Positions 29,994 to 38,393 of a DNA stretch of 64,000 nucleotides are shown here, in pieces. A program made the position numbers and the translations under genes. Source of the stretch: an uncultured delta proteobacterium (lineage in GTDB: Bacteria > Desulfobacterota > Binatia > UBA9968); NCBI GenBank assembly GCA_963737905.1, contig CAVTUQ010000013.1, positions 32,001 to 96,000 on the forward strand. Direction: 5' to 3'. Position 1 is the first letter of the stretch, and the number at the start of each line of letters is the position of its first letter. The notes beneath the pieces were generated by a model. It saw only the letters and a list, made by a program, of their open reading frames with translations. It was not told the DNA's origin and did not search any database.

Positions 29994-31763
29994 ATGAAAA
30001 CCGCTCCCGCGCGGGCGATGCGGCTCGATGTTTTCTCCAGATTCTCCAAGCCGTTCGAACTAGGACAGTACGGCGTTTCTTTTTTCACTGCAGGTTTGCT
30101 CGCACTCCTTATCTTGATCGTGGGCGTGCCCCTTTTGATGGTCGTGCTCATGAGCCTTCGGACGGGCTTTCCCGGTGAGGGGGGGCCACTCACCTTGCAA
30201 AACTTCGTCGACGTCTATGCGGATGTGAGCACTTATGAAGTCCTGGGCAATACGATGCTTTTCGCGCTGGGTTCTGTTGCAGTGGCGCTGCTTTTCGCCA
30301 TCCCGCTGTCCTGGCTTCTCATGCGCACGGATATCCCCTTTAAAAAGACCTTTTATGTGCTGCTCACCGTGGGAATCCTCATTCCGGTTTTCCTACGCAC
30401 AATCGCCTGGATTCTTCTATTAAGTCCCCGCATCGGCTTGCTGAATCAATGGCTCGTAAAGATTTTCAGTTTGGACGGGCCGCCCTTGAACCTCTACACC
30501 ATTACCGGAATGGCTTTTATCCAGGGAGTCTCCTTCGTCCCGGGCGCGTTTTTCATGCTCTCTGCTGCGTATCGCGCGATGGATCCTTCGCTAGAGGAGG
30601 CAGCCTATACCTCGGGCGTCAGTAAACTCACGACATTCCTAAGAATCAATGTCCCACTTACTTTGCCGGCCATTGCCGCGGTTATGGTTTATCTTTTCAT
30701 GACTGGGATTGCCGTATTCGAAGTCCCCGCCATCATCGGACTCCCTGCGAGAATCCTGGTTTTGAGCGCGCTCATCTATACGGCAACCTCTCCACCGACG
30801 GGACTGCCCGAATATGGCATAGCGGGGGCCTACGGCGGCATCATGCTCGTAGCGGGTTTGGCTCTTGCCTATTTCTACGTGCGCCTGGTTAAACAAGGAA
30901 AGAAATTCACTGTAATAACAGGGCGGGGTTACCGTCCCCGCGAGATCGCCTTGCGCCGATGGAAGTGGGTGGCCGTATCTTTTGTCCTGCTTTACCTCTC
31001 GATCGAGGTTTTTGTTCCGTTTCTGGTTCTGCTCTGGACATCATTTATGCCGTACCTTCAACTTCCTTCTGCAGCCGCTTTGAAATCGATGACGCTTAAG
31101 AACTATGTGACGATTCCCGACTACGCGGGTGCTCAGCCCTTTATCAACACTTTTATCCTCATGATCGGGGTGCCCACGATCGCTATGTTTCTCAGCGTTC
31201 TCGTTTCGTGGGCCGTGGTTCGAACCCAAGTACGCTTTCGCGGGATTTTGGATACGGTAGCGTTTTTACCTCACGCGATTCCAAGCATCTTGTTGGCCGT
31301 GGGGTTGGCTTATCTCGGTTTGGCCTATAGAGACTATTTTCCTATATACGGGACTGTTCTTATCATCATGGTGGCCCATGTCATCAACTGGATCGCTTAC
31401 GGTACCAGGACGACTAATAGTGTGATGATCCAAGTCCATCGAGAGTTGGAAGAAGCGGGGAAAGTCGCGGGAGCCTCTACACCACGTGTGGTTTGGAAGA
31501 TCGTCTTGCCTTTGATCGCCGCGGGAGTGCTCAACAGTTGGGTTTGGATCGGCATGCTGTCTTATAGAGAAGTCACCATGGCGCTGACCCTTTATACCAG
31601 GAATAGTGTTGTGATATCGACGGTGGTCTGGCAATTCTGGAGCAACGGTTGGATCCCGCAAGTATCCGCCCTCGGAGTCATCTTGATTCTTTTTGCGCTC
31701 ATTGTAGTAGGCAGCGTGAGAGTCGCGCTCGCCAGGGTCGGCGAGATCGGCTCGGCAACATAA
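29994..31763 (+). CDS. FbpB/ThiP-type ABC permease (two fused halves)
   Basis: Two EAA motifs (SLEEAAYTSG, ELEEAGKVAGA); many TM segments. Confidence 0.88.
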   Translation: MKTAPARAMRLDVFSRFSKPFELGQYGVSFFTAGLLALLILIVGVPLLMVVLMSLRTGFPGEGGPLTLQNFVDVYADVSTYEVLGNTMLFALGSVAVALLFAIPLSWLLMRTDIPFKKTFYVLLTVGILIPVFLRTIAWILLLSPRIGLLNQWLVKIFSLDGPPLNLYTITGMAFIQGVSFVPGAFFMLSAAYRAMDPSLEEAAYTSGVSKLTTFLRINVPLTLPAIAAVMVYLFMTGIAVFEVPAIIGLPARILVLSALIYTATSPPTGLPEYGIAGAYGGIMLVAGLALAYFYVRLVKQGKKFTVITGRGYRPREIALRRWKWVAVSFVLLYLSIEVFVPFLVLLWTSFMPYLQLPSAAALKSMTLKNYVTIPDYAGAQPFINTFILMIGVPTIAMFLSVLVSWAVVRTQVRFRGILDTVAFLPHAIPSILLAVGLAYLGLAYRDYFPIYGTVLIIMVAHVINWIAYGTRTTNSVMIQVHRELEEAGKVAGASTPRVVWKIVLPLIAAGVLNSWVWIGMLSYREVTMALTLYTRNSVVISTVVWQFWSNGWIPQVSALGVILILFALIVVGSVRVALARVGEIGSAT

Positions 31764-31841
31764 CGGGTATGGAAAACATTTGGCGACGGAGAGGCCGCGA
31801 AATAAGCGGGCGAATCTTTGTATCGCATATCAAGGAGGTCA

Positions 31842-32819
31842 ATGATGGATCTCAAAAGACTCTTGCAGGTTATCGGTCTAATTTTGATTCTACCCGCGCT
31901 TGCTGCAGCGCAAGAAGAAATCAAGTTTCCTGTGGCGGCTTCGTCCAAGGTCCTTGGCTTTGCTCCCCTCTGGGCGGCCTCGGGAATGGGGTTTCTCAAA
32001 CGGGAAGGTCTCGACTCCGAAGTGACTGCGATCCGTGGAACGGCGCCAACGATGCAAGCGCTAATTTCCGATTCCATCTATGTCGCGCTCTCAGCCAACG
32101 ACGGGCCTATTGGGCTGGTGGAGAAGGGAATGGACATCGCGATGATCGCCGGCGGAAGCAAAACCACGCACATGATCATGGGGGGCAAGGGATACAAGAC
32201 GTATGAGGATTTGCGCGGCGCGACCATTGGCTCATCGACCCTGACTTCCGGAACCGCCTTTCTGCTTAGACGGGTGCTGAAAACCCAGGGCCTAGAATAT
32301 CCAAGGGACTACAAGCTTGTAAACGTCGGAGGAAGCGGTCCGGCTTTCACTGCTCTCAGCACGGGAAATGTTGCTGCAGCTATTCTCGCCGTTCCGATCA
32401 GTTTTCGCGCTCAGGAAATGGGCTTCAATTTGATCGGCAAGGTCACGGATATCTTTCCCAATTATCTACTCTCAAGTTTTTCGGTTCGACGCGAATGGGC
32501 GGCGGCGCATCGCGAGGAAGTCGTCCGTTTTTTGAAAGCGGTGCTGCAGGCGCGCAAATGGCTTGAGGACAATCGAAAGGCGGGAGCGGAATTTTTAGCC
32601 AAAGAACTTGACATGAAGCCGAAGCTCGCGGAGCAGGGACTCGATTATTATCTTGCGCAACGAGCTTGGGAGCCGGACCTGAGCATTGATCTAGATGGGC
32701 TAAAGACCGTGATTGAGATCTACGCGGAGCAGGCTGATTTGAAAGGTCCCGTTCCCAGTCCGGAGAAGTACGTCGACTTGAGTTACCTTAAGCAGGCCCG
32801 GAAAGAACTAGGTTGGTGA
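31842..32819 (+). CDS. NMT1/SsuA-like ABC substrate-binding protein
   Basis: AAGGAGG RBS; signal peptide; GFLKREGLD, EDLRGATIG, YVDLSYL. Confidence 0.85.
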   Translation: MMDLKRLLQVIGLILILPALAAAQEEIKFPVAASSKVLGFAPLWAASGMGFLKREGLDSEVTAIRGTAPTMQALISDSIYVALSANDGPIGLVEKGMDIAMIAGGSKTTHMIMGGKGYKTYEDLRGATIGSSTLTSGTAFLLRRVLKTQGLEYPRDYKLVNVGGSGPAFTALSTGNVAAAILAVPISFRAQEMGFNLIGKVTDIFPNYLLSSFSVRREWAAAHREEVVRFLKAVLQARKWLEDNRKAGAEFLAKELDMKPKLAEQGLDYYLAQRAWEPDLSIDLDGLKTVIEIYAEQADLKGPVPSPEKYVDLSYLKQARKELGW

Positions 32820-32866
32820 TCATTCCAGGCTACAACTCGATTGAACGACAACGCAAGACTATAAAG

Positions 32867-33115
32867 CTAACGACCGCAAAGTAAATTATAAAGCCACGCG
32901 AATATCGCACCGCCGATCAGCGCATCGACAAACCCCCAAATCAGGCCGATCACACTGCCCGCGGGACTGATGCTGTAGCCGCGGTAAAGATGGCCGATAA
33001 AGGGAACGTAGCCGGTGCTTCCTTCAAAAGCCATAACCCACCAGGTAAGAACAAAAAGACCGATGCCCCAGATCAATGCGCATGTGAGTGCGAAAGCTTT
33101 TACATTCAATTTCAT
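32867..33115 (-). CDS. Small membrane protein of the family often annotated as bacteriophage holin
   Basis: MKLNVKAFAL...YRGY...GSVIGLIWGFVDALIGGAIFAWLYN; GGAGG RBS. Confidence 0.7.
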   Translation of the reverse strand: MKLNVKAFALTCALIWGIGLFVLTWWVMAFEGSTGYVPFIGHLYRGYSISPAGSVIGLIWGFVDALIGGAIFAWLYNLLCGR

Positions 33116-33247
33116 CCTCGGCCTCCGTTTTTGGCTGATAATGCCTTGTGCCTCATCCGTTCCACGCAACAGTCCCTGCAATTTCTGATGGATAAAACTC
33201 TTTCGATCTCCGCAGCTCATGAAGCCACGACACAAAGGCGCCTCGGA

Positions 33248-34150
33248 TCACGGCATTTCAAATTGAAATGCCTCCGGCCTGATGGTCAGGGCAGGACAGC
33301 GCGCTTTCCGGACGACCTTTTCGGCCACGCTCCCCAGGAGCATATACTCTAAGCCGGTTCTGCCGTGCGTTCCCATTACGATTAGATCGGCTTGTTTTTT
33401 CTCCGCCTTTTGCAAAATAGTTGTGGCTGCCTCACCCTCTTCAATGTATTTTTCCCAGTCGGCTTTCTTCAGCGGCAACCCGGCAAGAAAAGACTGCCAC
33501 TCGCTCTCCATGACCTCTGGCGGAGGCGGTGGAAGCGGAACGGACACACCGAAGTCGTCCGCATACGCGACGGCATACAAGGGATACAAATCCACGACAT
33601 GCAAGAAAATGATGCGGCCATGAAAGCTCTCTGCCAAGATGAGGGCTTCCAGGGCCGCTTTCTTAGCGCAATCCGAGAAATCCGTCGGGACTAAAAATGT
33701 TTTAGCTCCCTCACTGAGAGCCTTCTTCGCCACCATTACGGGCACCATGGCCTTACGCACGACTCGCTCGCTGGTACTGCCGAGAAAGTGCGCCTCCGGT
33801 TGGGAGGCACCGCCAACCACGATCAGATCGGCCTGCCACGCGCGACGCGCGATGATCAACTCAACGAATGGTTTGCCGGTTCGCGCCTCGTACTCCACCT
33901 CAAGATGGGCAAGTTCTGGGCTCGCCGCCAACGCCTGAAGTTTTGCGCCGCTCTTCTGGGCGATCTCTTCTAAACTATATGGAGAAGTAAGAGGATGAGA
34001 GATTCTTTGATAGGTATGTTGCGGTTCTATGACATGCACCAGGCGAAGGGCGGCGCCACATCTTTTAGCAAGCACCGTTGCCGATCTTAGCGCTGTTTCT
34101 CCACCAGCTCTCAGGTCATGGCCTACAATAATCCTCTTGAGTTCAGTCAT
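33248..34150 (-). CDS. Tandem universal stress protein
   Basis: Two USP domains: ADLIVVG...LGSTSERVVR and ADLIVMGTHGRTG...LGSVAEKVVR. Confidence 0.92.
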   Translation of the reverse strand: MTELKRIIVGHDLRAGGETALRSATVLAKRCGAALRLVHVIEPQHTYQRISHPLTSPYSLEEIAQKSGAKLQALAASPELAHLEVEYEARTGKPFVELIIARRAWQADLIVVGGASQPEAHFLGSTSERVVRKAMVPVMVAKKALSEGAKTFLVPTDFSDCAKKAALEALILAESFHGRIIFLHVVDLYPLYAVAYADDFGVSVPLPPPPPEVMESEWQSFLAGLPLKKADWEKYIEEGEAATTILQKAEKKQADLIVMGTHGRTGLEYMLLGSVAEKVVRKARCPALTIRPEAFQFEMP

Positions 34151-34188
34151 ACAGAAGACATCTTTCAAACCCAAAGTCGCGTTCAGTG

Positions 34189-34821
34189 TCAGAACGTGTA
34201 CTGTTCGGCCATGTTACTCCCTAAGCGGTCGTGGACCGTGTCCCAGTCGATGTTGGCGAAGAAGGCATCGACATACTTAGCGCGCTCGCTGGGTTTGTAG
34301 TCGAGCAGAAACGCATGTTCCCAGACGTCCATCACCAGTACCGGCCGAAATCCAGCGATGTTGCCGATTTCGTGCAGCGAGATCCAGTGATTCGTCAGAC
34401 GGCCGCGGGATGGGTCTTGGTAGCAAATCACCCAACCCACGCCGCGCATGTTGCCCTTGTTCACGAAGTCTCTTTTCCAATTTTCATAGCGACCAAAGTT
34501 TTCACCAGCCGTCTGATAAAAGCGTGAACTTTGTCGCGGGTCTCCGTCGCCGGCTCTTTTCAGGTTCCCGAAATAATATTCGTGCAAAAGCATCCCGTTG
34601 TATTCAAACCCTAACCGCCGGGTCAGCTCCGAATAAATTTCCATGTCAGATGGCTCGATACTTCCGTTCTTCGAGTAGTGTGACAGTTTATCCATCAAAT
34701 GATTGGTTTCTTTGACGTATCCTTCATAAAGCTTGAAGTGCATCTCTAGCGTGCGGTCAGAGATGCCGTGGAGCCCGCTCAGGTTGAAATGTTTCGCCGC
34801 GTATAAGCCCGTCTCGTACAT
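34189..34821 (-). CDS. Fe/Mn superoxide dismutase family protein
   Basis: HFKLYEGYV, LHEYYF, GWV, DVWEHAF metal-ligand motifs. Confidence 0.88.
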   Translation of the reverse strand: MYETGLYAAKHFNLSGLHGISDRTLEMHFKLYEGYVKETNHLMDKLSHYSKNGSIEPSDMEIYSELTRRLGFEYNGMLLHEYYFGNLKRAGDGDPRQSSRFYQTAGENFGRYENWKRDFVNKGNMRGVGWVICYQDPSRGRLTNHWISLHEIGNIAGFRPVLVMDVWEHAFLLDYKPSERAKYVDAFFANIDWDTVHDRLGSNMAEQYTF

Positions 34822-34929
34822 GGGTCACCTCCTGTCGTTACTTATCTGGGACTATCTTTGGCCTCACCACTGTTTTCCATCGAGCGATCCAGTCATAAGC
34901 GAAGGGGAACGCTCGTTGGCGAGGTACTT

Positions 34930-35286
34930 CTAGCTCAACCGGTGCGAATCTTTCCAGTCCACATAGATCGCAAAGAGACAAACCACTCCACCGATCACCA
35001 AGTTATTCATCGTCGCCAATCTGATGCCGTAATAGTTGTATAAGAGCGGATTGATGAACGTGAGGATGGCCGCGACCGTGACGATCCAATCCGTAACTAA
35101 AATCTCCTCGCTGGTGTGAGAAAAAAGACGCCCGAATGAAATGAGCGCTATGACAAACCCTAGGATGAAATCCTCCCAGGTTGTTTTAAAAACTCCCCTA
35201 TACAAAATTCGCAAAACAAAAGGCGATAGCATGAGCCAAATGCCCAGCACGAGATTCGCCCACAAAAGCCGTCTCAACCCTGTCAC
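34930..35286 (-). CDS. SPW-repeat-like membrane protein
   Basis: WANLVLGIWLMLSPF and a second repeat ending NNLVIGG; AAGGAG RBS. Confidence 0.7.
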   Translation of the reverse strand: MTGLRRLLWANLVLGIWLMLSPFVLRILYRGVFKTTWEDFILGFVIALISFGRLFSHTSEEILVTDWIVTVAAILTFINPLLYNYYGIRLATMNNLVIGGVVCLFAIYVDWKDSHRLS

Positions 35287-35420
35287 CTCCTTGGACTAAA
35301 ATTTCCAGCGTCGCTTTTTCTCATCTTCGTGCAATGGTTTCGCTGGACGTTATTTTTAGATGCGCAAGTCATGTGCATGTTCCGAGGGCTAATCAGATGT
35401 TTTGTCCAACTTTTCTAATC

Positions 35421-35435
35421 GCAAATAGCATGCCT
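35421..35435 (-). promoter_or_regulatory. Sigma54 promoter AGGCATGCTATTTGC
   Basis: GGC-N7-TTGC facing the SPW-SOD-USP-holin genes. Confidence 0.6.
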
Positions 35436-35570
35436 CGAAAAATCCCATGGGCTCTTGTTTTAAATTAATCGCGAGCCACAAAAACGTCACACATGTGTCT
35501 ATTCTGCAGCCATCTGGACACATGGTTCTTGCACGCCGCTAACAATGTCGGGGAATTACGCAAGTCGCCA

Positions 35571-35586
35571 TGGCATGCTTGTTGCC
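35571..35586 (+). promoter_or_regulatory. Sigma54 promoter TGGCATGCTTGTTGCC
   Basis: TGGC-N7-TTGC about 60 nt upstream of a small ORF. Confidence 0.7.
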
Positions 35587-35644
35587 GTGTATAAAACTGG
35601 ACATTTTGCGAAGTGTACGAATCGAGAAGGGAGGTCATCGAACA

Positions 35645-35776
35645 ATGATAACGCAACTAAAATTTCTCCTGCTGTTCGTTGTTCTGATTTTGATGAGTGT
35701 GGATGGCTTCTTACGGCCGGATGGCCGCGGTGGGGTTGGTCATATCGTTGATCAGTATCATCCTAATCATCCCTAG
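35645..35776 (+). CDS. 43-aa single-TM or secreted peptide
   Basis: GGGAGG RBS; MITQLKFLLLFVVLILMSVDG...HPNHP; sigma54 promoter upstream. Confidence 0.5.
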   Translation: MITQLKFLLLFVVLILMSVDGFLRPDGRGGVGHIVDQYHPNHP

Positions 35777-35865
35777 CGCAGAGATTTTCTCGCTGGGAGA
35801 TGGGCTAAGAGCGAATGCTTTCGAATGAAGTTCTGTTTTCGAGGAGTCCTCGACTGGGATTTGCA

Positions 35866-36315
35866 TCAACCCATTTTTTCGACATGATTCGAATTGCCGC
35901 AGGACGTCGGCTTGCGAGTTCGACCTCTTACCGATCGGAATTGAATTCGCCTGCGCGAGGTTGTGCCACGCAGGCGATTTGCCGTCCATTGCATTAACCC
36001 ACGCCGCAAAAATCCCGGATTGAGACCGGAGACATCACAAATACTCCGAAACGAGAAGATACCATCGGCTTCCTCACGCCAGAACCATGCTTTCACCTCA
36101 CGAAAAAGCGCTTGCCCTCGCGGTGATTCGGAGAATGCGAATTTTTGATAGGTCTCCACAGCTTGCGCCAGGACAGCGAACATGAGCGCCTTTTCCGGCT
36201 CCCCCGGCCTAGCCCGCCGGTAGTTTTTCAAATACTGCTGGGAAGCGAGAATATCCGGCTCGTATGGAAGCAGGGATGGTCCGTTCCAATTAAATCTAAT
36301 GATCTCTTTCGTCAT
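35866..36315 (-). CDS. Uncharacterised HTH-like protein (copy 2)
   Basis: Paralog of 15426 (EPDILA.QQYLKNYRR, EPEKALM.AVL, PGFLRRGLMQWTANR). Confidence 0.85.
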   Translation of the reverse strand: MTKEIIRFNWNGPSLLPYEPDILASQQYLKNYRRARPGEPEKALMFAVLAQAVETYQKFAFSESPRGQALFREVKAWFWREEADGIFSFRSICDVSGLNPGFLRRGLMQWTANRLRGTTSRRRIQFRSVRGRTRKPTSCGNSNHVEKMG

Positions 36316-36330
36316 GCGTTCTAGCGAAGG

Positions 36331-36346
36331 GCAATAGCGAGGCCAA
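36331..36346 (-). promoter_or_regulatory. Sigma54 promoter TTGGCCTCGCTATTGC
   Basis: Identical to 15395-15410, with the same 15-nt distance to ATG. Confidence 0.8.
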
Positions 36347-36610
36347 AACCAAATTATTTCGTAGAGACAGACGCTTATGAATTTGGGAAAGAAAAGAGCG
36401 AGCGCCGAAGAGGTTCAACTGTGCGGGATTTGCACACTCTAAAGAGGTCGACGAACTTTGATGTAAAGTATGTAAAGTTTGTTAGCAGAACGAAAATAGT
36501 GACGAGTTAAGCGGTCAAACTCATAAGGCGGATTATTTAAAAAGAATTGTAATTGGACAATTTAGCTTGTTATTGGTATTCCTAGATCCTCGTTTGTAAA
36601 CAAGGGCATC

Positions 36611-37624
36611 ATGGTAAAACCGTCTTCGGCCGCAAGGAACGACGTCTTTTCTCCTCAACCCTACCTGCCAAACCAATTCGAGGGGATGCTTGGAGTCAGC
36701 CTGCCGATGCTGGAAGTATTCCAACGCATCATCGAAAGCGCCTCAGCTGACATCCCGGTCTTGATCACCGGTGAGACCGGAACCGGAAAAGATCTCGTCG
36801 CCGGTGCAATCCACAATCGAAGTAGAAGAAAAGACAAACCATTTATCGCGGTAAACACAGGAGCGATGGCTGCCGAGCTGATAGCGACTGAACTGTTCGG
36901 CCATGAAAAAGGCGCATACACCGGTGCCATCGGTATGCGTAAGGGCAGTTTCGAACAAGCCAACGGCGGCACGATTTTCCTGGATGAGATCAGCACGATG
37001 GATGATAAATGTCAGATCTCCCTGCTTCGCGTATTGGAGACAAAAATGTTTCGTCGTGTGGGTGGCGAGAAAAACATTCGAGCCGACGTGCGGGTCATCG
37101 CTGCGACTAACGAGGACCTAGAGGCGGCGATCAAGAAGAATAAATTTCGTGAAGATCTCTACTATAGATTCGACGTCTTCCGCATTAATCTACCTCCATT
37201 GAGGGAAAGACCCGGCGGGCTTACCGTTCTCACCCATTATTTCTTAGCTCAGTTTGGCGGGGTCTATAATAAACCCCTACGGACCGTCTCCAACGAGACG
37301 CTCCGATGCCTTGAGAGTTATTCCTGGCCGGGTAACGTGCGGGAGCTCAAGAACGTGATCCAGCGAGCCGTCCTTATTGCGAAAGGTGAAGAACTAACAA
37401 CCGATCTTCTCCCGGCGAGAATTAGAACCGCCGGGAAGTCCGATAGGGAGTCTCTCCTGGCAAGCTTTCCGATCCATGTAGGAATGAGCCTTGAAGCTGC
37501 GGAACGGGAATTTATCGCGATGACACTCGCCTCTACTGCAGGGAACAAAAAGAGAGCCGCCTCTATCCTCGGCATTAGCCGCCGGGCTCTTTACGACAAG
37601 CTTAAAAGACACGGCTTGTTATAG
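36611..37624 (+). CDS. Sigma54 enhancer-binding protein lacking an N-terminal sensor domain (EBP3)
   Basis: AAA+ ([19 protein letters not shown]) plus Fis HTH only. Confidence 0.92.
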   Translation: MVKPSSAARNDVFSPQPYLPNQFEGMLGVSLPMLEVFQRIIESASADIPVLITGETGTGKDLVAGAIHNRSRRKDKPFIAVNTGAMAAELIATELFGHEKGAYTGAIGMRKGSFEQANGGTIFLDEISTMDDKCQISLLRVLETKMFRRVGGEKNIRADVRVIAATNEDLEAAIKKNKFREDLYYRFDVFRINLPPLRERPGGLTVLTHYFLAQFGGVYNKPLRTVSNETLRCLESYSWPGNVRELKNVIQRAVLIAKGEELTTDLLPARIRTAGKSDRESLLASFPIHVGMSLEAAEREFIAMTLASTAGNKKRAASILGISRRALYDKLKRHGLL

Positions 37625-37678
37625 AAGGATAAGAAATATTTGATCTCGCTCAAAAAACTCGCTGCCCGCCGCTCCTCG

Positions 37679-37736
37679 TGTAAGTTATTTGCACACGACT
37701 CACGAAATTTCCTTAAATGTGTGCAAAATTTGCACG
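37679..37736. promoter_or_regulatory. Pair of TGT(G/A)-N9-CAC(A/G) enhancer-like sites
   Basis: TGTAAGTTATTTGCACA (37679) and TGTGCAAAATTTGCACG (37720), upstream of a sigma54 promoter. Confidence 0.6.
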
Positions 37737-37811
37737 CAGGAAACCTTGCACGCAGTACCCCACCCTCGCTTTCATATCATAACTTGCCGGATTGGCGGCA
37801 ATAAGACCGAC

Positions 37812-37828
37812 TTGGCATCTTGGTTGCT
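37812..37828 (+). promoter_or_regulatory. Sigma54 promoter TTGGCATCTTGGTTGCT
   Basis: TGGC-N7-TTGC upstream of the receiver-like gene. Confidence 0.75.
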
Positions 37829-37990
37829 CTAAGTTGGTAGGGGGTTGGACTGGAAATCAACAGCAGCCCTAACACCGTGGCGTGATACATCTTTCGCTGT
37901 GACGTCAACAGATCGGGTTCTGACTCGTTAGTTAAAGACTTGGCAGCACAGCATCTTGCTCCGTTGGCATCTCGGGGTGAGCGGTCTTCA

Positions 37991-38362
37991 ATGAGGATAG
38001 AGAAAATCATGCTCGTAGGCTCGGAAATCCCCCACGCGCTGATGGAGCTACTCCTTGATACGGGGTCGAGGGTAACGAAACTTCCGAGCGGGAAAACAGC
38101 CGTGTCTCACGCCCACCGAGAAACGTTCGATGCCGCGATCTTAGTCTCAACCGGGGAGGAAATGGACCTCGCGGAAACCGTATTCAATTTGAGAGACATC
38201 AATCGCTCGATGGAGATGATCATCGTGTCCGACGGTGGGGATACTGACGAAGGGGCGATTCCCAAGGAAGCTCTCGCGAGTTTCGTTCCCAACGCAAAGG
38301 TCATGACGACACAAGAACTAAAGAAGCATTTCGACTTAGTCATAAAGGTTTCCACAATGTAA
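37991..38362 (+). CDS. Stand-alone atypical receiver-like protein (copy 2)
   Basis: AAILVSTGEEMDLAETVFNLRDINRSMEMIIV; paralog of 15963. Confidence 0.75.
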   Translation: MRIEKIMLVGSEIPHALMELLLDTGSRVTKLPSGKTAVSHAHRETFDAAILVSTGEEMDLAETVFNLRDINRSMEMIIVSDGGDTDEGAIPKEALASFVPNAKVMTTQELKKHFDLVIKVSTM

Positions 38363-38393
38363 TTTCAAAAAGCGACGTTCGGAGGAATCAACT

